Shown here one piece after another: positions 45,568-58,060 of a DNA stretch of 62,536 bases. Location: assembly GCF_004010195.1 (NCBI RefSeq), contig NC_057720.1:5641521-5704056 (forward strand), in the 5' to 3' direction. The position numbers and the translations under genes are program-made. Position 1 is the stretch's first letter; each line of letters begins with the position of its first letter. The notes under the pieces were generated by a model, which had not been told where the DNA came from, ran no database searches, and worked only from the letters and a program-made list of their open reading frames with translations. The stretch comes from Chiloscyllium plagiosum (taxonomy: Eukaryota).

Positions 45568-48500
45568 CAGAGCAATAGAGGTCGATGATCAGATTTCCAA
45601 CCAAAGGTATGGCCACGAATGATGAAATGTTTGAAATCAGAACTTAGCAGGAGAGCAGAATTGGATGGCTGCAGAAATCTTGGAGAATAATGTGGCTGAA
45701 AGAGGTGACAGAACTGCAGGGTGACGCGAGCAGAGATATGAACACAAGGTGGATGTTATTAAAGTTGAGGTGTTGCAGGATCAGCAGCCAGTGAGCACAA
45801 GGATGATGGGCAGAATGACCTTGTAGAGCTGATAGCTTTCTCACGAGTGTGATGTACATGATAAAAGACTGGCAGTGATTCTTTTTGTTGCAATGTAACT
45901 TGTCCGTCCCATGAAGATGGCGGGGGGTGGGGGGGCACTCTCTACCTCCAGCAGTGTAAGAGCAGGAAGCTGCTCCAGTCAGTCCTGACTCAGTTGACAG
46001 ATTTGTTTTGGCTCAATTCAAGATCCATGCTGAATTTAATCACTGGGGAGTCAGTGGGTTTGGGGGCTGTTGTTAAATTCAGTTCATCTATATCTCTGTC
46101 TCATCACAGTTCTGCCAGTTAATTGATAACTGACCGTCAAGCTGCAAATCCTGACGGTGCATCCTGAGCTTGGTACAAATCAGAGGCTAGAATAGGCCAT
46201 TTAGCCCTTGAGTCTGCTCCACCATCCAATCAGAGCCTGGCTGATCTGCTCACTCCTCATTCCCCAATTCCACCCAATAACCTCTCACCCCCTTAGTCAT
46301 CAAGAAGGCATCTACTGCTGCCTGAAAAATATTCAAAGGTTGTGCTTCCACTGCCTTTGAAAGAGACCCAAAGCTTCCGAACTCTTAGAGTAGACATTTC
46401 TGCCCATCTGTGTCCTAAATAGGCCAAGCCTTATATTGAAACACTGACCTTCCCTCACCCCCCCGCAGTTCCATATTCTCAGGCAGAAGGAAACATTGTC
46501 TCCACACGAACCCTGTCAGGACCCCTCAGTATCTCATACTTTTCAATCACGTTGTCTCTTACTCTTCTGGACTCCAGTGAATACAAGCCTGGACTGTCCA
46601 ATCTTCCCTCAGAAGACAATCCGCCCACTCCAGGTTGCAGTTTCTGGCTGTTGCAACATCAGAGGCAGCAGAAATGATGCACTGCAGAAATTCACCAAAC
46701 ATCTTCACACAGCACCTTCCAAACCCACAACCACTTCCATCTAGAATGACAAAGGCAGCAGATACCTGGGAACCCCACCCCCTGCAAGATCTCCCCAAAG
46801 CTGCTCACCATCCTAACTTGGAAAAATATCACCGTTCCGTCAGTGTCGCTGGGTCAAAACCCTGGAATTCTCTCACTAACTGCATTGTGGGTCCAAATAC
46901 GAGCAGATGAGTTGCAGTGGTTCAAGAAGGCAGCTCACCATGAGCCTGTCAAGGGAAACTAGGGAACGGGCAATAAATGCTGGGCCTAGCTAGTGATGCA
47001 CACATCCAACAAGTGAATAAAAAAACTCCTTATCAGTCATGTGATGTGGGGAGATCCCTCTGGTTGGTTGCCAGTTGTTGCTGACCTCCACTCTCAGGTC
47101 CTTAATTCCATGCCAAGGCCCCCTCAGTGTCCTTGCCGATGCCTGATTGAGGTTAGACTTAACAAGCCTTCTCTACAAGAGGCAGTCAGGGTCCTTCATT
47201 GGCTCTCCAGTCGGCTGACAAAACCTCCTACCTCCCCACAAGAATGAGGGTAAATGTTGCCCATGACACTGGGGATAACTCCCTTCCTTTTCTTCAAAAT
47301 AGCGAATGAGGTATTTTTATGCCCACCGAGGGGAAGGTTTTGGCATGTCTGGGCAGAAAGACGATGCCTCCAACTGTGCCGCGTTCCTTTGGTGCTGGGA
47401 GTACCTTCAGTGTAGACATTGTTCAGAAATGTTTGGGATGGGACTTGAACCCGTAACTGTGTTGGGAAGGCAGTGATGTAGTGGTAATGCCACTGCACTA
47501 ATAATCCAGAATCCCAGGAGTTGGAGTTAAAAGGATCAAAGGGTATGGAGAGAAATCAGGAATAAGGGACTGAGTTAGATGATCAGTCATGATCATACTG
47601 AGCAAGGGACAGGCCCAAAGAGCCAAAGGACCTACTCGTGCTCCTAATTTCTATGTTTCTAACCTTACAACATGGAGATGAGCACACTGTTCTGCCTGGA
47701 AGATTGTAATGGTGTACTCCTTTAATGCCAAGAAGCAGGGGTAGGAACAATGTACACCAATGTATTACAAAAACCAGCCAATATGTTTGGCTCCTGGGCA
47801 GACTGAGTGGTTTCCTTTGACCGTCTTATAGAAACGTAGAAAATAAGAGCAGGAGTAGACCATTCAGCCCTGTTCCACCATTCAATACGATCATGGCTGA
47901 CCATCCAATTCAGTCCCCTATTCCCACTGTCTCCCCTTACCCTTTGATCTCTTTAGAATTAAGAACAATATCTAACTCCTTCTTGAAAACATTCAATGTT
48001 TGGTTCTCAGCTATTTTCTGCAGCAGAGAATTCCACAGGCTTCCCACTCTCTGAAGAGTGGAAAATGTTGTCATCCCAGTCCTGAATTTCCTGCCCCTTG
48101 ATCTTAGCCTCTGACCCCTGGTTCTGAACCCCTTAGCCATTGGAAACATCCTTCTTGTGTAAGTGAATATAGTTCTAACAGATGCAGTCTGTCTTCATAC
48201 GTCAGTACCGCCATCGCCGGAATCAGTCCGGTCAGTTTTCCTCCAGAGCCAGACCATCCATTCTCAGACAAGAAGGACCAGAACAAGACACAATACTCCA
48301 GGTGTCCGTTCACCAAGGCCTTGGACAATTGCCACAATTGCATCTGTATGCAGAGTTTATAAGTCAGATATTGCCAGGTTTGAAGTCTTCAACAGTTTAA
48401 CTTGTCAAAGATTATTGAGTATTCCAACAGACCTCCTGCTCTATAGCAACTGAGCATTCTTTGAGTGCAGTCTGTGAGAGGGTCCACCAAATGGGTTGAG

Positions 48501-48604
48501 GTTCATGAAAAGATACTGATATTGTCCAGTGAAGTGCTGGATCCAAACAGACCTTGCCACATCTAAATGAATTTTTATGTATTCGTATCTTGAGGAGAAT
48601 GTTC

Positions 48605-48835
48605 ATCTCTCTCTCACACACATACATATAGACACTCTCATTCTCTCATTCTCACACATATACACATTGTCACTCTCACAATCTCACTCTTGCGCTTTCT
48701 CATGTATACATAAGCAAATGCACGCACACTTTCACCGTCTCTCTCAAACACACACTCTCACATACACTCTCTGTCACACACTTCCACATTCTCTCTTTCT
48801 CTCTCTCTCACACTCACACATACATACACGCACAC
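48605..48835. repeat. Degenerate (CT)n/(CA)n low-complexity tract
   Basis: Mixed tctctc and cacaca runs. Confidence 0.85.
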
Positions 48836-49119
48836 CCATTGAATTGCATGTGTCCGGACATTTAAATTGCAATGGGTTTTAAGATTTGAGATGGCTCATT
48901 CTTTAGGCATACACTGCCCCTACCTGATCTACTCTTACAGCTCCGCTCCTGGGCTCCCATCGATTCTGGGGAAAGAGGTCAGGCATTAATCGCCAGCTCA
49001 GGGAGGGTCAGTCATTAAAGTGAGGCTGATGGTTAGAATTTGATGGGACTACCTCTGCCTATGCATCTGAAAGTCTAAATAGTTAACATACCCCATCCTT
49101 CAGTCTGAGGAAGGAAAGT

Positions 49120-49570
49120 CCTGCAGTATTGTGAGCAGTTCTGATCCCCGTTTTAAAGAAAATATGTTATTTCATTGGAGGCAGTTCAGAGAAGGTTCAC
49201 GAGGATGATCTCTGGTATGAGCAAAGGCTAAACATGTTGGGACTCTAACTGGGGTTTAGAAGAATGAGGAGTGATCTCATTGAAACATATTGGATTCTGA
49301 AGGGGCTTGACAGGGTCAATGCTGAGAGGATGTTTCCCTCATGGGAGAATCTAGGACCAGAGGGCACAGTCTTAACATAAAGGTGCATCAATTTCAGACT
49401 GACATGAGGATGAATTTCTTCCCTCAGAGGGTTGAGAGTTTCTAGAACTCCTTACCACAGAGAGTTGTGGGGGCAGAGTCCTTGTGCACATTTAAGGCTA
49501 AGATAGATAGATTCTTGATCAATCAGGAAATCAAGGGTTAGGGGGAAAGGGCAGGAATTTGGATGTGAGG
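49120..49570 (+). mobile_element. CR1 3' fragment; its UTR resumes at ~49910 after a V-SINE
   Basis: LEAVQRRFTRMI...FRRMRSDLIETY...NFFPQRV. Confidence 0.8.
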
Positions 49571-49574
49571 GGAG

Positions 49575-49910
49575 TATGGTGGCTCAGTGGTTAGCACTGC
49601 TGCCTCACAGCACCAGGGACCTGGGTTCGATTCCAACCTTGGGTAACTGTCTGTGTGGAGTCTGCACATTCTCCCTGTGGCTGTGTGGGTTTGCTCCAGT
49701 TTCCTCCCACATTCCAAAGATTTGCAGGTTAGGGTGGATTAGCAGTGCTAAATTGCCCATAGTGTGCAGGTTAGGTGAATCAGCCATGGGAAATGCTGGG
49801 TTATAGGGATGGGATGGAGGTGTGTGGGTCTGGGTGGGATTCTCTTTGGAGGGTTGGTGAAGACTCGATGGGCTGAATAGCTTGCTTTCACACTATAGGA
49901 ACTCTATGAA
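49575..49910 (+). mobile_element. HE1-like V-SINE
   Basis: Full copy. Confidence 0.85.
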
Positions 49911-50128
49911 TGTTGATCAGCCGCGATCCTACAGAATGGTTGAGCAGGTTTGAGGGGCCAAGTGGCCTACTCCTGTTCCTACATTTTCTGGTCATATGGT
50001 CTAAGACCATGAGTCATGTTACCAGGAGCAGTCAAGGGGTAAGTGAAGCAGGAGGGATACATAGTTCTTTCAAACGGGATGTTAAGTATTGTATTGCAAT
50101 TCACTTTCCTGTTAACGTTTCTTTGCAG

Positions 50129-50412
50129 GGAGGATACAGTCGAAGCCTCCAACCACAAGTATGAGACCACTACCTTCAGCATTGCCAGCAGCATCATTGC
50201 CAATCAGACGTTCTGTGTCCTGCCCCCGGTCAATCTCTACCTCAGCAACACATTTGCATTCACACCTACCCGAACCGCGATCCACTTCTGCCAAACCCAG
50301 TGTCCCCTTGAGCAAACCTCCTGCAGACACACGGTCGCAATCATTGAATCGTACCATGACCACCCAGCGGATACCACATGCTACCAGCCTGGGCACCATT
50401 CATTCCGCACCG
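50129..50412 (+). CDS. TTLL7: TTLL7 exon: (R)RIQSKPPTTSMRPLPSALPAASLPIRRSVSCPRSIS...RSQSLNRTMTTQRIPHATSLGTIHSAP
   Basis: Acceptor tttgcag|GG, donor CCG|gtaagc; 284 nt, phase 1-0; IRRSVSCPRSIS and RSxSLNR motifs of TTLL7. Confidence 0.9.
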
Positions 50413-51796
50413 GTAAGCACTACAGACACCACAGAAAGACTGATCTAGTTACTGTACAGATGACCTGCACTCTGGTTCTGTTATGTCTTGTTGAACTGGT
50501 CTCGAGATGTTTTCATGAAATAGACTTTGACAGACTTGAGTTACGGAGAGCAACTCAGAAAGAGCTTTGGTTGGGCCAAAGCAGGAATGTCTACTCCAGA
50601 TCAGGTCACCACACTTCAGAAAGAACTTAAGGCTCCTTAAGATGGTTTCCCCGAATGGCTGCAGGGATTTTAGTGACAAGGTTAGGGGTTGGGGAAGCTG
50701 GGTGGTTTTCTTAGGAGCAAAGGAGATTGAGAGGAGCTTGGTTGGGGGTGTTCAAGGTTACGACAGGTGGATTGTGCTGGTATTAAAATCCGGAGGTTAA
50801 ATGTTGATTAGACAGGGTCCAGGTATGCTTTTCCAGTCAGAGTTTTATTCAGCTCTCAAAACTCCCAGATCACTCCTTACATATATGCAACCACCTCTCA
50901 CCCAATTATCCTTGTACTAACCATCATCTTTGTCCTGGTTCCATTTACTCCCAGGCATCCCTGCCAGATCTTAACTGCTGGCACAGACAGCAGATGAGTG
51001 TGTTCAAATTACTTTTGTATCTCGCTCATGCCTATCTCTGTAACTTCCTCTGCCCCTCAACCCTCCCAAGACACTTGGGGCCCTCCAATTTTGTCTCTTG
51101 AGCATTTCCAATCTCTGTTATCCCACTAATGGTGGCCATACACTCAGTCCTATCATTTCCTCCCTATACCTCTCTGCTTCTCTATCCCTCTCTCTCATCC
51201 AGAAAATCTACCCCTTGACCAAGTTTGTTGCCCTCTGTGGTCCATTGTCAAAATGACAAGTGCTAATGCCATTGAACGGAAAAACAGAGGCGTACAAATC
51301 TTTGCACAGTGGCTGGTGGAATTTGAGTTAAATTACGTTTGGATCCATGTCACGGTGACCAAAAAACTAACTGATTGTTGTAAAAAGCTGCAGCATTTTA
51401 GGGAAGTAAATCTGCTCCCTTACAAGGGATTCCAGAACCACAGCAAAGTGTTTGACCTTTACCTGCCCTCTGGAGTGGTCCGGTGAGCCACTGAATTCCA
51501 AGATAATTGAGGATAGGCAGGAGATACTAGCCTTGCCCGCGGCTGCCATGTCCCAGGAAAGAATAAAGAGACGGAAAAGTTTAATCTTAACTTGGAGTGT
51601 TGTGAGACTTTAAAAATGCTGTACAGCTGCAATTTGTTGTTGATGCTCAGCCAGTAGTAGAAGGGTTCTTCTGAATTAAAAGAAAATCAGAAAATGTTTC
51701 TGCATTTCAAAAGGGAAATAGGATATCTGCACAAAAAGGGAATGGAGATTGTAGATTGAAACTTTTGGGGAAATAGAAAGGAAATAGCAAGGAAAG

Positions 51797-52065
51797 GGGT
51801 GGCTCAGTGGTTAGCACTGCTGCCTCACAGCGCCAGAGAACCTGGTTCAATTCCCGCCTCGGGCAATTGTCTGTGTGGAGTTTGCACATTCTCCCTGTGT
51901 CTGCGTGGGTTTCCTCCTACAGTCCAAAGATGTGCAGGTCAGATGAATTGGCCATGCTAAATTGCCCATAGTGTTAGGTGTAGGGGAATGGGTCTGGGTG
52001 GGTTGCTCTTCGGAGGGTCAGTATGGACTTGTTGGGCTGAAGGGCCTGTTTCCACACTGTAAGTA
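51797..52065 (+). mobile_element. HE1-like V-SINE
   Basis: Full copy. Confidence 0.85.
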
Positions 52066-52530
52066 ATTGTCATGGGATCAGATCCCTCACAGTGGGCTGA
52101 ATGGCCTCCTGCTGCGCTTTCATGTCTCATGATGTTGTGAATGAAATAGCACTTTCATAGGACTAACATAAGAATGATGGGGTTCCTTCTGTACTCTTGC
52201 TTATCTGTATACCTACCTATTCCATCTGCCCATGTTTACTGTGGGTGTTTGGGCCAAACTTTATGCCCGAAGGTTGGGATGGGTAGGTCTGTATTGCTGC
52301 TCTGCTAAGGGTTTATGCTGGAGGAGGTAGTGGATGCATTGCTGACTCACTTCGGAAGTTGAGCTCACAGCAACCTCCCAATTCCCTGGCCTGATGAGAG
52401 CCGGGCTGAGTTGCATGAAGAGTTTTTGGAATGTCCCAAACCTTTGGGAGGGAAGGGTTCCCACAGACTATCCTTGGTTTGAGGCTCAGTGGGTGGAAAT
52501 GTTGCAGTACAGGGGCCTCCCAGAGGAGTC

Positions 52531-52650
52531 AGTGAGGTTTGCAGATCCTGGAGATCAGAGTTGAGAGTGTGGTGCTGGAAAGATACAGCAGGTCAGGCAG
52601 CATCCGAGGAGCAGGAAAATTGACATTTTGGGCCAAAGCCCTTCATCAGG
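52531..52650 (-). mobile_element. Short Penelope-terminus-derived insertion with eroded TSD
   Basis: Family A sequence flanked by GGGCCTCCCAGAGGAGT / GGGCTCCCTGAGGAGT; decayed hammerhead. Confidence 0.75.
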
Positions 52651-52945
52651 GCTCCCTGAGGAGTTCCTGGATCCACATTCTTTCCTGGGCCTGCTCTGAG
52701 TCCTGACATTATCCCTACAGCAGCTCTTTCCACAGACTTTCATTTCAACGTAACAACCCATCAGCCAAAATGATGCACAAAGCACTTGACCCCCTAACTA
52801 TGCAACAATGAGCAGAGAAAGACACTAAACCTAGTGTATTTTTGACTATACTGTTTAGCTTTGACTATTTGGGTTTACTGTGAACTGTTGAACATCAGCA
52901 GGTCTCAAATTAACAGTGAACTAACCCTGACCACTTGTCTTTCAG

Positions 52946-53080
52946 CGCTCTTCCAATCTAAATTTTAGAACGAAGGAACAAGACGAGGAGTTGACCAAAG
53001 AAGTGCTGGTGGCTCTGAATGAAATGAAAATTAAATTCCCAGGGAAATCAAATGAGGAAGCTGAGGTCCTGCTGGATGAA
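52946..53080 (+). CDS. TTLL7: TTLL7 exon: RSSNLNFRTKEQDEELTKEVLVALNEMKIKFPGKSNEEAEVLLDE
   Basis: Acceptor ctttcag|CGC, donor GAA|gtaagt; 135 nt, phase 0-0; TKEQ...MKIxFPGKS motif. Confidence 0.93.
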
Positions 53081-53302
53081 GTAAGTGTTCACAGGATATT
53101 AGGACAGATCATCATCGGCCATTTTGGAATTATCTTGTATTAAGCTTTGCAGTGAAACTAACAATTAACTTTTAAAAAAAAAATGTTATTATCACCATAA
53201 AGAGAGGCATGTTGTAAAAAACCTAAAGCACAATGTCAGCACTGTTTGGTGTGATTCTGCAATGGGTAACGCTTACATCATGAATGCACCAATAACAACC
53301 GT

Positions 53303-53557
53303 GGAATCCCGCCAGTGTGGAAGCAGACCATTGAGTCCACATTGACTCACCAAAGAGCATCCCGCCCAACCCCTGTAACCCTGCATTTCCCATGGCCAAT
53401 CCACCTAACCTGCACGTCTTTCAAATGTGGGAGGAAACTGGATCACCTGGAGGAAACTCTTGCAGAACACAAGGGGAATGTGCAAACTCCACACAGACAG
53501 TTACCCAAACCTGAGTTCTTGGTGCTGTGAAACAGCACTGCTAACCACTGAGCCACC
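53303..53557 (-). mobile_element. HE1-like V-SINE
   Basis: Reverse copy about 220 nt downstream of the last visible exon. Confidence 0.8.
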
Positions 53558-53954
53558 AGGCTGCGCAAAGGATTGAATGTACATTGGTAAAACAACTGAT
53601 GCCATCATTACCATTGAGTGTGTTTTCCCTGGAGGCAGGGTCATCACCCCCCCCTGTCTCCATGCCCCATGCAACATTGTAGGGGGTTCTATGATTCCTC
53701 TATGATTCAACACAACCATCTGATCTTCAGTTGGCCACACATTCACCATTCTGAGCATCTTCCTATCTTTGTGAGAGTGTGAGTGTGAGAGAGAGAGGGA
53801 GAGAGTGAGAACTCAGACAATGAGAGATTGCACAGTCTGGAGTTGTTTTCCTTGGAGCAGTGGAGACTAAGGGGGTCATGATCGAGATGTATAAAATGAT
53901 GAGGGTAGACAGGAAGAAACAAAACCAAACCAAAGAACTGCAGACTTTTAAAAC

Positions 53955-55040
53955 ATTCATTTGTGGGACTTGGGCATCACTGGCTGGCCAGCATTTATTG
54001 CCCGTCCCTAGTTGCCCTTGAGAAGGTGGTGGTGAGCTATCTTCTTGAAACGCTGCAGTCCACTTGCTGTGGATTAACCCACAATGTTGGGAGGGAGAGA
54101 ATTCCAGGATTTTGACCCAGCGACTGTGAAGGAAAGGTGATGTATTTCCAAGCCAGGGTGGTGAGTGGCTTGGAGGGGAACTTACAGGTGGTGGTGTTCC
54201 CATGTACCTGCTGCCCTTGCCCTTCTAGATGGAAGTAGTTGTGGGTTTGGAAGGTGCTGTCTGAGGGTTTTTGGTGAATTTCTGCAGGGCATTTTGTAGA
54301 TAGTGCACACTGCTGCTACTGAACACCGGTGATGGAGGGAGTGAATGTTTGTAGATGTGGTGCCAATCAAGCAGGTTGCTTTGTCCCGGATTATGTCAAG
54401 TGTTGTTGGAGCTGCACCCATTCAGGCAAGTGGGGAATATTCCATCACACTCCTGACTTGTGCCTTGTAGATAGTGGATAGACTTTGGTGTGTCAAGCGG
54501 TGAGTTACTCACCGCAGTATCCCTAGTCTCTGACCTGCCTTGTAGCCACTGTGTTTATGTGGTGAGTCCAGTTGAGATTCTGGTCAATGGTAACCCCAAG
54601 GATGTTGACAGTGGGGGATTGTCAAGGGGTGATCGTTAGAGTGTCTCTTATAGGTGATGGTCATTGTCTGACATTTGTGTGGTGTGAATGTTACTTGCCA
54701 CTTGTCAGCCCAAGCCTGGATATTGTCCAGATCTTGTTGAATATGGACTGCTTCAGTATCTGAGGAGTCGCGAATGGTGCTGAACACTGGCCAATCATCA
54801 GCGAGCATCCCCACTCCTGACTTTATGACAGAGGGAAAGTCATTGATGAAGCAACTGAAGATTGTTGGGCCTAGCACACTACCCTGAGGAACTCCTGTAG
54901 AGATGTCCTTGACCTGAGATGACTGACCCTCCACAACCACAACCATCTTCCTTTGTGCCAGGTTTGACTCTAACCAGTGGAGTGTTTACCCATTGATTCC
55001 AGTTTTGCCAGGGCTCCTTGATGCCGTACTCGGTCCAATG
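53955..55040 (-). mobile_element. LINE family B (CR1-clade): RT domain to 3' end
   Basis: GVPQGSVLGPTIFSCFINDFPS...GMLADD...IQQDLDNIQAWADKWQVTFTPHKC; 3' tail shared with SINE family B. Confidence 0.9.
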
Positions 55041-55197
55041 CTGGAAAGTCTGGCAGTCAGAAACAAAATCTGAAACTGCTGGAAAAAAATCCGCAGGTGT
55101 AACAGCATGTGTGGAGGGAAAGCAGAGTTAACATTTTGGGTCCAGCGACCGTTCTAGAGAAGAAGGAGAAAGTGAGGACTGCAGATGCTGGAGAGCC

Positions 55198-55350
55198 AGA
55201 GTCGAAAAGTGTGGTGCTGGAAAAGCACAGCAGGTCAGGCAACATCAGAGGAGCAGAAGTGGTAATGTTTGTGTCTGAAACATCGACTCTTCTGCTGCTC
55301 AGGTGCTGCCTGACCTGCTGTGCTTTTCCACTGCCACACTTTTCGACTCT
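55198..55350. mobile_element. Foldback pair of Penelope family A termini
   Basis: AGAGTCGAAAAGTGTGG...CCACACTTTTCGACTCT with ~62-bp arms. Confidence 0.8.
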
Positions 55351-55639
55351 TATACAGCAGAATCATTTCCCCTTGGTGGAAGGATCAATGCCAAGAGGGT
55401 ATAGATTAAAGATAAGGGACAGGAGATTTAGAGGAAATGTGAGGAAAGTTATTTTTACCCAGAGGATGTTGGAAGTCTGGAACTCTCTGCCTGTAAGGGT
55501 GGGAGAGGCAGAAGCCCTCATCACATTGAAGAAGTATTTAGATGTGCACTTGTGATGCCAAAGGCATAAAAGGCTTTGGGCCAAGTGCTGGAAAATGAGA
55601 TTAGAGTAGGAGGTTATGGGTCAGGTGATTATTTTTGAC

Positions 55640-58060
55640 TGATGCAGACACAAAAAGGTGGGGGAGTGGCATTGCTAATCAGGGATAGTATCACAGATGC
55701 AGAAAGGGAGATCGTTGAGGAGGATCTGTCCATGGAATCAGTATGGGTAGAAGTCAGAAACAGGAAAGGAGCAGTCACTGTATTGGGAGTTTTCTGCAGA
55801 CCCACCCTCCATAGCAACAGAAACATGGAGGAGCAGATTGGGAAGCCGATTTTGGAAAGGTCCAAAGGTAACAGGGTTGTTGTCATGGGTGACTTTAACT
55901 TCTCTAATATTGTTTGGAACCTCCTTGGTTCAAATAATTTGGACGGAGCTGTTTTTGTCAGGTGCATCCAGGAAGGGTTCCTGGCGCAATGTGTAGATAG
56001 GCCAATCTCGAGGGGAGGCCATATTGGATTGGATGCTTGGCAACACGCCATGCCAGGTGTCAGACCTCTCAGCGCGAGAGCATTTTGGTGATAGTGATCA
56101 CAACTCCTTAAACTTTACTATACTCATGGGGAGGGATAGGAGCAGACGGTGTGGGAAAGTCTTTAATTGGGGGAGAGGGATGTACAATGCTAATAGACAT
56201 GTATCTAGAGGGTTACAAGGCAGCCAGGAAGAAACTGAAAAATGGACTTAGGAGAGCTAGAAGGAAATATGAAAAAGCAATAATGGGTAGGATTAAAGAA
56301 AACCCCAAGGCATTCTACATTTACGTGAGGAACAAGAGGATGGCCAGAGTGAGGGTAGGGCCGATCAGGGATAGTGGAGGGAACTTGTGCCTGGAGTCAG
56401 AGGATGTAGAGGAGCTCCTTAATGATTAATTTGCTTCAGTATTCGCTACTGAGAGGGACCTTGATGTTTCTGAGGACAGTGTGAAACAGGCTGATATGCT
56501 TGAACTGGTTGATGTTAAGAAGGAGGATGTGATGAAAATTTTGAAAAATATAAAGGGGTAGGTAAATCCCCAGGGCTGGATGGGATATACCCAAGGTTAC
56601 AACAGGAAGTGAAGGAAGAAATTACTCTACCTTTTTGTTCTCACTGTCCACTGGAGTAGTGCCAGATGATTGGAGGGTGGCAAATGTTATTCCCTTGTTC
56701 AAGAAAGTGAATAGGGATAATTCTGGAAATTACAGGACCAGTCAGTATTACTTCTGTGGTGAGCAAATTATTGGAGAGGATTTGAGAGACAGCATTTATG
56801 ATTACTTGGAAAACTATAGTTCGATTGGAAATAGTCAGCATGGCTTTATGAGGCGCAGGTCATGCCTCACAAACCTTATTAAATTCTTTGAGAATGTGAC
56901 AAAACACATTGATGAAGGTAGAACAGTGGATGTGGTGTACATGGATTTAAGCATGGCGTTTGATAAGGTTCCCCATGATAGGCTCATTCAGAAAGTAAGG
57001 GGGCATGTGAAAAAAGGAAATTTGGCTGTCTGATACAGAATTAGCTGGACTACAGAAGACAGAAGGTGGTAGTAGATGGAAAGTATTCAGCCTGAAGTTC
57101 AGTGACCAGTGAAGTTCCACAGGATCTGTTCTGGGACCTTTGTTCTTTGTGATTTTTATAAATGACTTAGATGAGAAAGTGAAGGGGTGGGTTAGTAAGT
57201 TTGCCAATGACAAGAAGGTTGGTGGAGTTGTGGATAGTTTGGAGGGCTGTTGTAGGTTGCAACGGGAAAGTGACAGGATGCAGAATGGGGCTGAGAAGTG
57301 GCAGATGGAATTCAACCTGGAAAAGTGTGAAGTGATTCATTTTGGAAGGTCAAATTTGAATGCAGATTACAGGGTTAAGACAGGATTCTTGGTAGTGTGG
57401 AGGAACAGAGGGATCTTGGGGTCCATGTACATAGATCCCTCAAGGTTGCCACCCAAGTTGATAGGGTTGTTAAGAAGATGTATGGTGTGTTGGCTTTCAT
57501 TAGCAGGGGGATTGTGTTTAAGAGCTGTGAGGTTATGCTGCAGCTCTATAGGGCCCTGGTTAGATCACACTTGGAATATTGTGTTGGAATACTGGTCACC
57601 TCATTATAGGAGTGATATAGGATGCAGAGATTTACCAGGATGTTGCCTGGACTGGAGAGCATGTCTTATGATGAAAGGCTGAGGGAGCTAGGGCTTTTCT
57701 TAATGGAGCAAAGAAGGATGAGAAGGAACTTGATAGAGGTGTACAAGATGATGAGAGGCATAGATAGAGTGGATAGCCAGAGACCTTTTGCCATGGCAGA
57801 AATGTCTATCACTAGGTGGCATCATTTTAAGATTTAGGGGAGATGTCAGAGGTCAGTTCTTTACACAGAGAATGGTGGGTGCTTGGAATGCACTGCCAGT
57901 GGTGGTAGTAGAGTCAGAGACATTAGGGACATTTAAGCGACTCCTGGATAGGCACATGGAAGATAGCACAGTGAAAGGTATGCAGGTCAGTTTGACCTTA
58001 GAGTAGAATGAAAGGTCAGCACAATATCGAGGGCCAAAGAGTCTGGCCATGCTGTGTTCT
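55640..58060 (+). mobile_element. Long CR1/HER1-type LINE ORF2 remnant (APE endonuclease, RT and 3' UTR), frameshifted
   Basis: GGGVALLIR...VVVMGDFNF...GDSDHN (APE); PDDWRVANVIPLFKK...QHGFMRRRSCLTNL...DVVYMDLSMAFDKVPH...FINDLD...KFANDKK (RT). Confidence 0.93.

Larger units (their letters stand above)
9013..53080 (+). other. TTLL7: Partial gene span: tubulin polyglutamylase TTLL7, 10 internal coding exons; gene continues beyond both ends of this span
   Basis: join(9013..9177,14462..14620,16815..16909,25924..26071,26162..26235,26957..27092,31794..31880,33488..33656,50129..50412,52946..53080) = 1452 nt. All introns are GT-AG, phases are compatible and there is no internal stop. The peptide matches vertebrate TTLL7 as recalled (MHLTNYSVNK, CFEVLGFDI, WLLEINRAPSFGTDQKID, IRRSVSCPRSIS). 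Ortholog versus close paralog cannot be settled from this window. Confidence 0.93.

Noticed and set aside
49575..49645. tRNA-like sequence with A and B boxes
   Set aside because: It is the SINE head and runs directly into the V-domain; it is not a standalone tRNA gene. The same applies to the other copies.
50043..50630. 195-aa ORF overlapping the 50129-50412 exon in another frame
   Set aside because: Starts at a non-ATG codon in intronic sequence, has no recognisable homology, and the adjacent upstream exon does not splice into that frame.
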